Of a stretch of DNA of 64,000 nt, positions 1 through 12,069 are shown in pieces (within the stretch, counting starts at the first letter, position 1; every line of letters starts with the position of its first letter). Below the pieces are notes generated by a model. It was given only the letters and a program-made list of their open reading frames with translations. It was not told where the DNA came from and made no database searches. Source of the DNA: Mobula hypostoma (Eukaryota); NCBI RefSeq assembly GCF_963921235.1, contig NC_086097.1:130202001-130266000 (forward strand). The letters run 5' to 3'. The position numbers were made by a program, and so were the translations under genes.

Positions 1-765
1 GAGAGATTAAGTCACCTGGGACTGTACCTGCTGGAATTCAGAAGAATGAGAAGAAATCTTACAGAAACATATAAAACATAGATAACATAGAGGCATGAAA
101 GTTGCTTCCACTGGTAGGTGAGAATAGAACTAGGGGACATAGCCTCAAGATTCGGGGGAGTAGATTTAGGATGAAGATGAGGAGCAGCTGCTTTTCCTAG
201 AGAGTGGTGAATCTGTGGAATTCTCTGACAATGAAGCACTGGAGGCTACCTCAGTAAATATATTTAAAATAAACTTGGATAGATTTTTGCATCGTCGTCG
301 TCAGGTCACATCTGGAATTTCCAGTTGGTGGACGATTTCCCTCCACGTCGCTCTGACTTATTGGGAAATCATATACTTGGCAAGTTACAGCAGTGGTTTG
401 CCTTTGCCTTCTGCCGAGTGAGTTTAAAGAGATCACCACTTCTTGCAGTGGATGACCAGGACATCTAAATGCCTTGTCATGCTCTTAGTGCTCCACAAAC
501 GCCTGTTGGCCTGCCTTCTTGACCGTTGGACCATTAATCGGTCTCCTCCGCTCCATCTGCCAGGGCCAGACTTCACACGCTGGGATAGGCAGATCCCCTA
601 CCTCACCAAGGGTCAAAGAATTTTGCATAGGGGAAATTAAGGGTTATCGGGAAAAGGCAGGTAGGTGGAGATGAGGTTCATGGCCAGATCAGCCATAATC
701 TTATTGAATGGCGGAGCAGGCTCAACGGGCCAGATGGCCTACTCCTGTTCCTATTTCTTATGTTC
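1..765 (+). mobile_element. CR1-type LINE 3' end, interrupted at 293-620
   Basis: ORF2 C-terminal motifs (LGLYLLEFRRMR, RTRGHSLKI) followed by a typical 3' UTR ending TTCTTATGTTC. Confidence 0.8.
293..620 (-). mobile_element. RTE-related short retroelement with (GAC)n tail
   Basis: 8-bp TSD TTTTGCAT at 285-292 and 621-628. (CGT)n at the left end. Contains the RTE-type motif AGTGGTTTGCCTTTGCCTTCT. Confidence 0.7.
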
Positions 766-1499
766 AACAATTTGCAAGTACATTCTGCACAAGGGCAAAC
801 ACATACCTTTGCTTGAGTGTTACAAAGACAAGAATGAAACCAGATCCTTGGTAAAGAATGTGGAGTTCTACTACTTCTGCACTTCTCCCTATCCATTACA
901 AAAAATAAATCACACCCCAGGTTTTAAAATTCCACATCCAAATGATGACCTTCTTTCCTCTCTCTTCATCTGAAACAAATGTAGTCATATACAAAATGTT
1001 GCAAGAGATCCATTATTTTGCAAAGTATGAGGATAAAAGGGAGTTAGAGGCACCATAGGTTCAACATGGAGATGAGAAGGAGTTCCTTCACTTGGCAGTA
1101 CATCTTTGGAACCCTCCACCCTGGACAGCTGTGGCTGTTCAGTAACAAACTGTAATCAAAGCCAAGAATTGAAGAGTTATCAGGCACTCGGGAAGTAAAG
1201 ATTAATGGGAATTGTATAATGAAATGAACTTTAAACGCGGGATCAGCCAAGACCACACAGAAAACACTCAAACTCCTAAACTAAAAACAAATAACTTTGC
1301 ATCAGCAGGCACACCTGAGCCGTTTCCAGGTATATATATTTGAAAGACAGTTACTTCATATTCATATCCTCACACATGGAGTAAGGAATCTAAACCACTA
1401 CAAATAACCTCAAATAATTTACCACAGCTGCAGACTACATCCCCATTAAGGGTCAGACCAAGATGAAAATATAAACTTGGCCATGACTGATCATCGTAC

Positions 1500-2670
1500 A
1501 TCACTGAGGGATCAGTAGTGGAAAGGGTGAGCAGCCTCAAGCTCCTGGGTGCCAACATCTCAATCTATCTATCTTCTGCCCAACATATTGATGGAACCAT
1601 GAAGAAAGCACACCAGTGACTAGACTTCATTTGGACTTTGAGGAGATTTGGTATGTCACCAAAGACTCGAGCAAATTTCTGTAAGTGTGCAGTCAAGAGC
1701 ATTCTGGATGGTTCATCACTACTTCATTTGGGGTCTCCAGTACATAGGATTGAAAGAGGCTTCAGAAGATTGTAAACAGCCAGCTCCATCACAGGCATAA
1801 GCCTCCCTACCATCAAGCCCCGCCAAGAGGCATGGCTCAAGAAGACAGCATCCATTATTGAGAACCCTCACCACCAGGGACATGTCCTCTTCTCATTCCT
1901 TCTGTTACAAGGATTTTCCCTCAATAAGTGACCAGTTAAGTTCAAAGTACCCTATCAAAATATGCATACATTATACAACCTTGAGGTTCACCTCCTAACG
2001 AGCAGCCACGAAACAAAGAAACCCAAAAGAACCCATACATTAAGACTTTCGAACACCAAATGTGCAGAGAACATATCATGCAAACAATAACCGCAAGCAC
2101 CTAGCATTCTTAACTGAATTCTGTGAAGTCTCCCATAGTTCAGCACAGACAGCGGACATGTGGAGCAGCAAGCTGAACTGGCCCGGCCCTGACACCCTGA
2201 CCTTTTGAACCTGGCCCAGCACCTAAATTGACATCCAGTTAAGCACAGAGAGGAGCTGTATTTGCTGACAAATACCTTTATTGGCTTAGTTAGCAAAGAC
2301 ATGAATTTACAAAACTAACTACCTGTGTGCATACCCTCCAGGGTTTCCCTTACCTTCCATGAACAGTCATAGAAGAGAAAAGTAATACCCAGGCAAAGCA
2401 GTCTACACTGACCAGGCATCCTCTTAATCCCAACGTAACCTCCAGGGAGGGGTATAGGAGCCTGAAGAACCATAGCCAATGTTTTAGGAACAGCTTCTTC
2501 TCCTCTGCCAAAAGATGCTCTATGAACCAATGAACACTACCTCGCTATTCCTCTTTTGCACTATTTGTTTATTGTAATTTACAGTATTTTTATGGCCTGC
2601 ACCGTACAACTGCCACAAAATAACAAATTTCACAACATATGTACGTGGTAATAAACCCAATTCCAGTTCT
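1500..2670. mobile_element. Cluster of decayed Rex1/Babar-like LINE 3' fragments (+ 1500-1900, - 1950-2230, + 2340-2670)
   Basis: Degenerate [21 protein letters not shown] and GRRYRSL motifs and Rex1-like 3' UTRs. Confidence 0.6.
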
Positions 2671-2851
2671 CATTTGGCAGAGTGTTATTCGTGGCAATTT
2701 GCCACGCAAAAATTAATTGCTGCTGCCATGCAGAAAATGCAGTGACCACACATCGAAAGTACAGCTTACTGCAGAGCCCTTCGGTACATTCTCCAAGTGC
2801 AAAACACACTGAATAAATTTGGGAAATAAAAACAGAGAGCCTGAAATATTG

Positions 2852-3040
2852 CAAATACAGGAAAATCTGCAGATGCTGGAAATTCAAGCAACACACACAC
2901 AAAATGCTGGAGGAACTCAGCAGGGCAGGTAGCATCAATGGAAAAGAGTAGTCAACGTTTCAGCAGGGATCATGGCCTGATACATCAACTGTACGCTTTT
3001 CCATAGATGCTGCCTGGCCTTCAGCGTTGTGTGTGTTACT
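2852..3040. repeat. Older fold-back of a Penelope-like terminal repeat
   Basis: Imperfect inverted arms (GGCAGGTAGCATCAATGGAAAAG / CTTTTCCATAGATGCTGCCTGGCC) homologous to the 5119-5361 element. Centre partly deleted. Confidence 0.7.
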
Positions 3041-3559
3041 AGCACAGACAGCAACTGTGAAGGAAGAAACAGCTTTGGGTCAATAACCCTTGATCAAAAA
3101 TTCATCCAAAGTCAGCTGGGACCCAAAACATTGATACCCTTGCTCTCTCATCAGGTGTCACATCAGTTACTACGTACTTTGAGTCTTTTCCATTTAATTT
3201 CAGGTTTCATGCACCTGCAGGTTTCTACTTGTCAATGAAAGAAACACTTTTTTAAAAATAATTATATAGCTATAACGATACATTTCTATTGTAATCAAAC
3301 GTTGCCAATTCATAGAATGGTAAACAACTGTATTTAGTTGCACCTGCCTGTTCTTTTACAACCAACACCTACGTCTGTGAACAGCTGCTGGAGGACAATA
3401 AATTTTGCCCCAAAAGTCATGGGCCCTTTGACCATGATAAAATAGACTGCTGTCTGTTATGGAATGATCCTAAATGGAGGCCAACAATTTTCTCATACAT
3501 ATCAACAACTTGCAAGTAGGGGAAACCATTTTATATCATCAATCATTGAGCGTCCTCAT

Positions 3560-3870
3560 GGCACCGCTGCTAGAACTGTTTCCTCACAGCTCCAGCACCT
3601 TGAATACAGTGCTGACCTTGCAAGCTACCTGTGCAGAGTTTACAACCTCTCCTTGTGGCTGCATGGATCTTTCCTGATGCTTCACTTTCCTCCCATATCT
3701 CAAACGAGATACAAATTGGTAGATTAATTGGTCCCTATAAACGGCCGCGAATGTGAAAGAATGTAGGGAAAAATAAAACTATATTAATACAGATGAGTGT
3801 GCAATGCAGACTTGACAGGTCGAGGGTGTAGCCTTGATGAACAGAAGGGCCCACTTCCTTGCTGCATGAC
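3560..3870 (+). mobile_element. Decayed V-SINE (HE1-like)
   Basis: V-domain-like TGTGCAGAGTTTACAACCTCTCC...TTTCCTCCCATATCTCAAA...TAATTGG. Related copies at ~10626-10810, 27770-28030 and 38451-38565. Confidence 0.6.
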
Positions 3871-5216
3871 TCCATGACCTACAATGAAGAAAACTGCTCA
3901 CTGTATATAATCACAGAACACAGGCAGAAGCTGAAGGGGCAGAAGAATCAAAGAAACAGGGAGAGTAGGGAGTGGTGGGAAGAAAGACATTGCATCAAGA
4001 GGCACCAAGTCCAAGAGCCAGGAAGTTATGCTGTAGTTTTATAAATCTGTCACATACATAATTTGGTTGCTGCATTATCGGATGGATGTGGAGGCCATAA
4101 GACAGAGGCAGAATTAGGCCATTCAGCCCATTGAATCGGATCCACCATTCCATCCTGGCTGATTTATTATCCCTCTCAACCTTATTGCCCTGCCTGCTCC
4201 TCATAACCTTTGACGCCTTAATTGATCAAGAACCGATCCACCTCCGCTTTAAATATACCCAATGACTTGGTTTGCATTGCCATCTGTGGTAACAAATTCC
4301 ATAAATTCACCATCCTCTAGCAAAAGAAATTTTCTTCATCTCTGTTCTAAATGGATGGACCTCTATTGTGAGACTGTACCCTCTAGTCATAGACTCCCCC
4401 CACTATAAAAAAAAACCCACTCCACATCCACTCTATTCAAGCTTGTCAATGTTCGATATTTTCTAAACTCCAGTGTGTATAGTCACAGAGCCATTAAATA
4501 GTCCCCATACATTAACCTTTTCATTCCTGGGATAATTCTCATATCCTCTGAACCTTCTCCAATGCCAGCATATCTTTTCTCAGATACGGGTCCAAAACTG
4601 CTCATAATACTCCAAGTATGATCTGATTAATGCCTTATAAAACCTCATCATTACATCTTTGCTTTTGTATTCTATTTCTCTCGAAATGAATGCTCAAATT
4701 GCATTTTCCTTCCTTACCACCGACTCAACTGGCAAGTGAACCTTTAGGGAATCCTGCACATGGACTACCAAGTCTCTTTGCGCCTCAGATTTTTGAATTT
4801 TTTTTCCCCAATTTAGAAAATAGTCTACACCTCTATTCCTTCTACCATGACCATACACTTCCCTACACTATATTCCATTTGCCATTTCCTTGGCCATTCT
4901 CCCAATCTATCCAAGTCCTTGTGCAGGCACCCTGCTTTCTCAATACAACTTGCCCCTCCATCCATCTTCGTATTATCTGCATACTTGGCCACAAAACCAT
5001 CAATTCCTTCATCCAAATCACTGATATATAATGAGAAAAGAAGCAATCCCAACACAGACCCCTGCAGAACACCACTGGTCACCAACAACTAAACAAAAAA
5101 GGCCCCCTTTATTCCCGCAAACAACAGGAATTCTGCAGATGCTGGAAATTCAAGCAACACACATCAAAGTTGCTGGTGAATGCAGCAGACCAGGCAGCAT
5201 CTCTAGGAAGAGGTGC

Positions 5217-5250
5217 AGTCGACGTTTCAGGCCGAGACCCTTCGTCAGGA
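5217..5250 (-). ncRNA. Minimal type I hammerhead ribozyme motif, mirror copy on the CTDP1 sense strand
   Basis: Minus strand reads TC-CTGACGA-AGG-GTCTCGG-CCT-GAAA-CGTC-GACT, identical to the plus-strand copy. Confidence 0.7.
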
Positions 5251-5265
5251 TGAGGAGACCCTTCA

Positions 5266-5299
5266 TCCTGACGAAGGGTCTCGGCCTGAAACGTCGACT
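5266..5299 (+). ncRNA. Minimal type I hammerhead ribozyme motif (Penelope-associated)
   Basis: CTGACGA (5268-5274), helix II AGG/CCT with loop GTCTCGG, GAAA (5288-5291), CGTC with predicted cleavage after 5295. Palindromic ACGT in place of helix III. Helix I is only 2 bp. Confidence 0.7.
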
Positions 5300-5977
5300 G
5301 CACCTCTTCCTAGAGATGCTGCCTGGCCTGCTGCATTCACCAGCAACTTTGATGTGTGTTGCCCCTTTATACCCGCTCTTTACCTCCTGCCAGTCAACTA
5401 ATCTTCTACCCATGCTAGTATCTTTCCTGTAATACCATGGGGCTCTTATCTTGCTAAGCAGCCTCATGTGAGGCACCTTGTCAAAGGCCTTCTGAAAATC
5501 CACTGACTCTCCTTTGCCTATCCTGCCTGTTATTTCCTCATAGAATTGCAACAGATTTGTCAGGCAAGATTTTCCCTAAAGGAAGCCATACTGACTTTGG
5601 CCTACTTTGTTATGTGCCTCCAAGTACCCCAAAACCTCATCCTTAATAATAGCTTCCCAACCACTGAAGTCAGACTAAGTGGCCTATAATTTCCTTTCTT
5701 CTGCCTCTCTTCTTAAACAGTGAGGCAACATTTGCAATTTTCTAGCCTACCTGTACGATTCCAGATTCTAAGGATTCTTGAAAGATCATTACTAATACCT
5801 CCACAATCTCTTCAGCTACCTCTTTCAGAACCCTAGTAGTGCATTTGGTCCAGGGGCCATGCTGTATCTTCAGACCTTTCAGTTTCCCAAGCACCTTCGC
5901 CTTAGTAATAGCAACAACATTCACGACTGCCCCCTAATATTCTCGATTTTCTGGCATATTACTTGCGTTGTCAATAG

Positions 5978-7855
5978 ACCGGGAGGCTTACAGCTTAGCC
6001 AGGGCCAACCTGAGGAGGGGAATCTCTCAGGCTAAACACATACACAAACAGAGAATCGAGGAGCATTTCAGCTCCTCGGACCCCCGGCACGTGGCATGGC
6101 ATACAGGTCATTACAGACTTCAAACCACCTAGTACTGTGCCCCCTTACAGCTCTGCTTTCCTCCCTAATGAGCTCAGTTACTTCTACGCTCACTTTGACT
6201 GAGAGAACAAGGAGGTCACCCTCAAAGCAGATCTCCCACCTGATGAACTGCCTCTCTCACTTTCCACCTCTGATATTTGCGCCACCCTGAGTAGGGTGAA
6301 TGTATGGAAGGCAGCTGGTCCAGATGGAATACCTGGCCGTGTGCTCAGAGTCTGTGCAGGGCAGTTGGCCGGGGTCTTCACAGACATTTTTAATCTGTCC
6401 CTGGCCCAGGCAGTTGTCCCCACAAGCTTCAAGATCGCCACCGTCGTGCCAGTGCTGAAGCATTCCACTGCCACGGGCCTGAATGACTTCCGCCCTGTTG
6501 CACTCACCCCCATCATTGCAAAGTTCTTTGAGAGACCGGTTCTATCACATCTGAAATCCTGTCTGCCCACTACCCTGGACCCCCATTAATTGCCTGGACC
6601 CCCATTAATTTGCCTATCGCACCAACAGGTCAACAGAGGACGCCATCTCCACAGCACTTCACTCTGACCTGACCCACCAGGACAGCCCCAACTCTTACGT
6701 CAGAATGCTGTTCATTAACTTTAGTTCGGCATTCAATACTGTGATCCCCTCCAAGCTGATCGCCAAGCTTCACCAGCTTGGTACCAGCTCATCCCTCTGC
6801 AATTGGACCTTGGACTTTCTGACTAACAGAACTCAATCAGTTAAGTTAGACAACTTCTCCTCCTCCACTCTCACCCTGAACACCGGCGTGCCTCAAGGCT
6901 GTGTGCTGAACCCTCTTCTGTACTCCCTTTTCACCTATGACTGCATTCCTGTACATGGTTCTAACTCCATAATCAAATTCGCAGATGACACCATGGTGGT
7001 TGGCCTGATCAGAGGGTATGATGAGACAGCCTACAGAGTCGAGGTCCAGCACCTGGCCGTGCAGTGTGCCAACAAAAACCTGGCCCTTAACACCCAGAAG
7101 ACCAAGGAGATCATTGTGGACTTCAGGCATGCTGGGAGCCACACTCACATCCCCATCTACATCAACGGAGCTGTAGTGGAGCGTGTATCAAGCTTCAAAT
7201 TCCTTGGTGGCCACATTTCCGAAGATCTCACCTGGTCCCTGGACTTCTCCATCCTGATCAAAAAGGCGCAACAGCGCCTTTATTTCCGGCAGAGCATCAA
7301 GAAAGCTCACCTCTGTCCCAGGATACTGTCGGACTTTTAGCGCTGTACCATTGAGAGCATACCCACCAACTGCAACTCAGTGTGGTATGGCAATTGTCCC
7401 GTATCGGACTGCAAAGCACTCCAGCGTAGGTGAAAATTGCCCAGCGGATTATCGGCACCCAATTGCCCACCATTCAGCACATCTACCATAAACGCTGCCT
7501 GGGCAGGGTGAAAAGCATTATCAGGGATGCATCTCACCCTAACCATGGACTTTTTAACTCTCCTCCCATCCAGTAGGTGCTACAGGAGCCTCCGCTCCTG
7601 CACCAGCAGGCACAGGAAGAGATTCTTCCCTGAGGCTGTGACCCTGCTGAACCTCATATCACAGCGCTAAGCAGTATTGCACCCATATTGTACTGTCTCA
7701 GTACTTTTATATTTGTGTGCTGTAGCACTTTTTATTCGCATTTATATTGTAAATAACACTATTTTTTGCATTTCTGGTTAGATGCTAACTACATTTCATT
7801 GGCTTTGTATCTGTACTCGGCACAATGACAATAAAGTTGAACCTAATCTAATCTA
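5978..7855 (+). mobile_element. Rex1/Babar LINE, 5'-truncated RT pseudogene
   Basis: [41 protein letters not shown] and KFADD motifs. AATAAA followed by (AATCT)n tail. Short TSD AATAG at 5973-5977 and 7856-7860. A ~20-bp tandem duplication near 6573-6612 breaks the frame. Confidence 0.9.
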
Positions 7856-8539
7856 AATAGTAAAGACTGGCAGAAAATACTTAAAGATCATTCACCATTT
7901 CTTTGTTCCCCTTATACCACCTCTCCAGTGTCATTTTCCAGCAGTCAGATACCCACTCCTGGCTCTCTTCTATTTATATCTGAAAAGAAAATCTTTGGTG
8001 TGCTCTTTTATACTGCTGGATAGCTTACATTCATATTTTAACTTTTCTCTCTTTATGTTATTTTGGTTTTTTTTATAAAAGCTTCTCAATCCTTTACCCC
8101 ATTTATTTTTACTATGTTATATGCCCACTCTTTTCTTTTAACGCTTTCTTTGACTTCCCTTGTCAACCATGGTTGCCTCATCCTCTCTTTTTCATCTTTG
8201 GGATTTTTTTCTTTCCTGTGCCTTCTGAATTGCTCCCAGAAACTCCAGCCATTGCTGTTCTACCTTCATGCCCACTAGTTTCCACTGCCAATCAACTTTG
8301 GCCAGCTCCTCTCACATACCTCTGTAATTCTACTATAATACTGATACATCCAATTTTAACTTCTCTTTCTCAAACTGCAGGGTGAATTCTATCATATTAT
8401 GATCACTGCCTCTCAAGGGTTCCTTTACCTTAAGCTCCTATCAAATCATAATACCTAATTCAGAAGTGCCATTCCTCTAGTGGCCTCAAGCACAAGCTGC
8501 TCTAAAAAGCCATCTCGTAGGCATTCTCTTGGGATTTAG

Positions 8540-9000
8540 CAAATATTTGGCTATGGAGAGGGTGCAGAGGAAGTTTACCAGGATGCTGCCTGGAGTAGAG
8601 GATGTGCGCTTTTAGGAGAGGTTGGACAAACCAGGCTAAGGGGTGACCTGATAACAGTTTAGAAAATTATGGTCTAATAACCAGCATCTTTATTTTCCCC
8701 CACCCCACCTCCCATCATTATATATAGGCACAATTTGAGGCAAGAGGGGGGTAAAGTTCACAGGACACGTGCTTGGATGTGTTAGCGTGTGGTAGGTCTC
8801 TGCAGTGCAATGCCAGGGATGGTTGTGGAGGAACATATGATCGAGGAAATTAAGAAGCCCTTACATAAGCACATGAATACGTAAACAAAGGAGGACCACG
8901 TGCTGACAGAATGGATTAGGTATCATTAGCTTAACTCACTTGGCACAACACTGTGGACTATTCTTGTGCAGTACAGCTTCATGTTCTATGTTCTATGTTC
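8540..9000 (+). mobile_element. Old CR1 3' fragment
   Basis: ERVQRKFTRMLPG motif and (TTCTATG)n tail. Confidence 0.65.
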
Positions 9001-9643
9001 CTGGTAAACTGGATGCATTTCCCAAGAGAGTACATTCAATCAGAACGTCAACAGAAAAGTTAGAGCAGAAACATATTCAAGGCTGTGAGGGAAAAAAGTA
9101 AGTGGAGTGGGACAAATTGGAGAACTCTTTCAACAACTTTCAGTTACATAGCAGCTTTAGTACAGCAAAAATATTCCAGGGTATTTCCCAAGAGTATTAT
9201 CAAATTAAAAATGCTAACGAGTATTAGGACAGGTGACCAGAGGTTTGGTGGCACAATTAAAGGATGACACAGACAGAGCTTTAGGGCAGGAATTCCAGAG
9301 CAGAGGTGCAGCAAGGATGACCAGGAGGCCAAACAGGAAAATCACGGAGTTGTAGGACTGGAAAAGGTTACAGAAACAGGGAGGGGTAAGACACTAAAGG
9401 ATCTGAAAATACCACGGAGAATTTTCTTATCAAATTATCCAGAAAGGCATAAAGAATTGAGAAGACTCCAGTGCAGTATCGGTTACAATTCCCTACCAGA
9501 GAGCACTTTTTGTTTAGGTTATATACTTAGCAGCAGGCAGAAGGGCAAACTGGCCAATGCAGCTTGTATGATGGATCACAGCATAATCAAGTTTCATAGG
9601 CAACTATGGCTAAGCTTACTTCATGCTTATATATTCATATATA

Positions 9644-10048
9644 CAGTAATGTCCCTAAGTATTAGGCATCCTAGAATTTTAATACGGATTCAAATGGTGT
9701 GGTCTCCACAGAGACCCGACCTCAACATCATTAAGCCTGTCTGGGATTACCTGGAAAGACGGAAGCAAGTGGGGCAGCTGAAGTCTGCAGAACTGTGGCA
9801 AGTTCCCCAAAATGCTTGGGACAAACTACCAGCCAAGTTTAAAAAAAACTGCACAACAGTGTACCAAAGAGAATTGATGCAGTTTTAAAAGCAAAGGATG
9901 GTCACACTAAATATTGATTTCATTTTTTTTGTTTACTGCTTTTATAGTATTTTTTATAAATTATAAACTTTTCATTTCATTATTTTGAAAGCATCTTCAC
10001 CTTAGAGATTTTTTTTAAACATGTGCCTAAGACTTCTGCACAGTACAG
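9644..10048 (+). mobile_element. Internally deleted Tc1-like DNA transposon
   Basis: Transposase C-terminus WSPQRPDLNIIKPVWDYLER. Degenerate TIRs CAGTAATGTCCCTAAGTATTAGGCA / TGCCTAAGACTTCTGCACAGTACAG. TA before the left end. Confidence 0.75.
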
Positions 10049-10979
10049 TGCAAAAGAATATAAATAAAATGACCCAATGGATTACAAAATAAAGGGCTTA
10101 CAGTTGGGTGGAATAAAAAAGTTGAAATTAAATATTGAGCCAAACAATGGTTCTGTTTCAAAATACTATGCAGATATCAATTAATAGCCCATCTCCCAAC
10201 CTACAAATGCATATTTTTTCTGCATTAGTTAATATCTGGGAACAACAATACTATCCCTCATGATAAATAAAGGAAGGTAAACTATGAGCGACACACAGAT
10301 GGCTTCCAAATAGCGTAAGCCTTACATATCAAAAGAGCATGAAAACATCACCATCTTTATACAAGAAGAAAGTTACAATATACACATTGTCATTTCCATT
10401 AAATCACAAGATGCAAAAATCTATTCAAGGAAAATAATGGGACGATGGGACATTTATGGCTTTAGTGAATTCTCAAACTGTGAGCTTCACAGCACTGCCA
10501 CTGTTAATTGCCTGTCTCTAACAGCCCTTGACCTGAATGGCCAGCTAGCCAGCTATTCATAGGGTAGTTAAGATCACCAGGCTGCTGTAGGAGATCTTGC
10601 CCAAGGACATCAGTGAACTGGAAGCAGCACAGCAGACACCACTGCTACCTCACAGCTACAGCAACCCAGGTTCAATCCTGACTTCAGGTGTTGACTGAGA
10701 GGGTTCTGCATGTGCTCCGTGACCACAAGCACTCGAGCCAGGTCCCACAGCCTAAAAGAAGTGCTAACAGAACACCAGCTAACTGCAAATTACCCCCGTG
10801 TAGGAGGCTGTCAGGAGAATGGAGACGGATGCTCAGTGGGGAAGCTGGACTGATAAGAATGTGATGACAAAGAAAATAATTGGAGATATTAGAGAAAACT
10901 ACAACAACAAGCCCTTTGGCCCATCTAGTCCATGCCCTATAGTTTTATAACAATTTGATAGCTGCATGGTCATTATAAC

Positions 10980-11690
10980 CATAGATTTATACAACAAAGC
11001 TACACTGCACTGTGGTTTGGCCACACTTGGAGTTTTGTGTGCAACTGTGGTACCTTCATGACAGGAAGAGCTTTGGAAATGGTGCAGAGGTGGTTTTCTA
11101 GGATGCTGTCTGGCTTAGACTACACATGCTGTTAGGTTAGACAACATTGGGCTGTTTTCTCTGGAGAACCAAAAGCCGAGGGACGACCAAATAGAAGCTT
11201 TTCATAGGAGGCGCATAGTGTAAACAGCCGATATTTCTCACAGGATAGAAAGGTCAAATAACAGAAGACATGGCTTTAAGGTGATAAGGGGCAAGTTTAA
11301 AGAAGGTATGCGAGGCAAGTTTCTTTTCTTAAAAAAAAATTGGTAGGCACCTGGAACAGGCTACCAGGGACAGTGGTAATAGATAAACTTTTAGACAGAC
11401 ATGAACGTAATAAGACTACAAGACATAGGAGCAGAATTGGGCCATTCGACCCATCAGGGATGCTCTGCCATTCACTCATGGCTGATTTATTCCCTGTCAA
11501 CCCCATTCTCCTACCCTGTCTTCAAATCTTTGACACCCTTACTTACCAAGAAATTATCAGGCTCTACTTTAAATATGATATGCAGGGAATGGAGAAATAT
11601 GGAGACAAAAGAGATATAGTGCAATTTGGCACTGTATTTAGCACATATCATGGGTCAAAAAGACTATTCCTGAGCTATACCGTTCTATTG
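10980..11690 (+). mobile_element. Old CR1 3' fragment containing a minus-strand CR1 tail (~11410-11575)
   Basis: PHLEFCVQLW-like motif and typical CR1 3' UTR segments. Confidence 0.6.
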
Positions 11691-11731
11691 AATTTAAGAT
11701 TTACCATATAGAGAATTAATATTTAACATGA

Positions 11732-12069
11732 TCATTGTTATCTCCATGTCCTGTGTCATACGGTCTATGACCATGATTGTTTTGGCATTTTTTCATTGCC
11801 TTCTTCTGGGCAGTGTCTTTACAAGATGGGTGATCCCAGCCATTATCAATACTCTTCAGAGATTGTCTGCCTGGTGTCAGTGGTCACATGAACAGGATTT
11901 GTGATATGTAACAGCTGCTCGTACGATCATTGTCACCTGCTCCCATGGCTTTACGTGACCCTGATCAAGGGTGGGGGGGTGGTGCCCAAGGGTGACCTGC
12001 AGACCAGCAGAGGGAAGAAGAGCCTTACACCTCCTTTGGTAGAGAGGCACCTCCACCCCTGCCAGCCAA
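11732..12069 (-). mobile_element. RTE-related short retroelement
   Basis: Exact 11-bp TSD ATTTAACATGA at 11721-11731 and 12070-12080. Contains the CATTGCCTTCTTCTGGG motif. Confidence 0.7.

Larger units (their letters stand above)
5119..5361. mobile_element. Penelope-derived fold-back (palindromic) insertion
   Basis: Inverted arms 5154-5253 and 5263-5362 (99/100 complementary, 9-nt loop). TSD CCCCTTTAT(T/A)CCCGC at 5104-5118 and 5362-5376. Arms match the terminus of the GIY-YIG element at 42414-43272. Confidence 0.9.
4097..8540 (-). mobile_element. CR1-type LINE (ORF2 pseudogene) interrupted by insertions at 5119-5361 and 5978-7855
   Basis: RT motifs DFQKAFDKVPH, VTSGVLQGSVLGLLLF and KYADNTK. 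3' tail at ~4097. Frameshifts and stops. Confidence 0.88.

Noticed and set aside
5031..5551. Near-identical ORFs on both strands (ATHIKVAGECSRPGSISRKRCSRRFRPRPFVRM...)
   Set aside because: A by-product of the palindromic insertion, not proteins.
11010..11070. Candidate CTDP1 exon 2
   Set aside because: The sequence is a CR1 PHLEFCVQLW remnant on the plus strand and does not encode the expected peptide.
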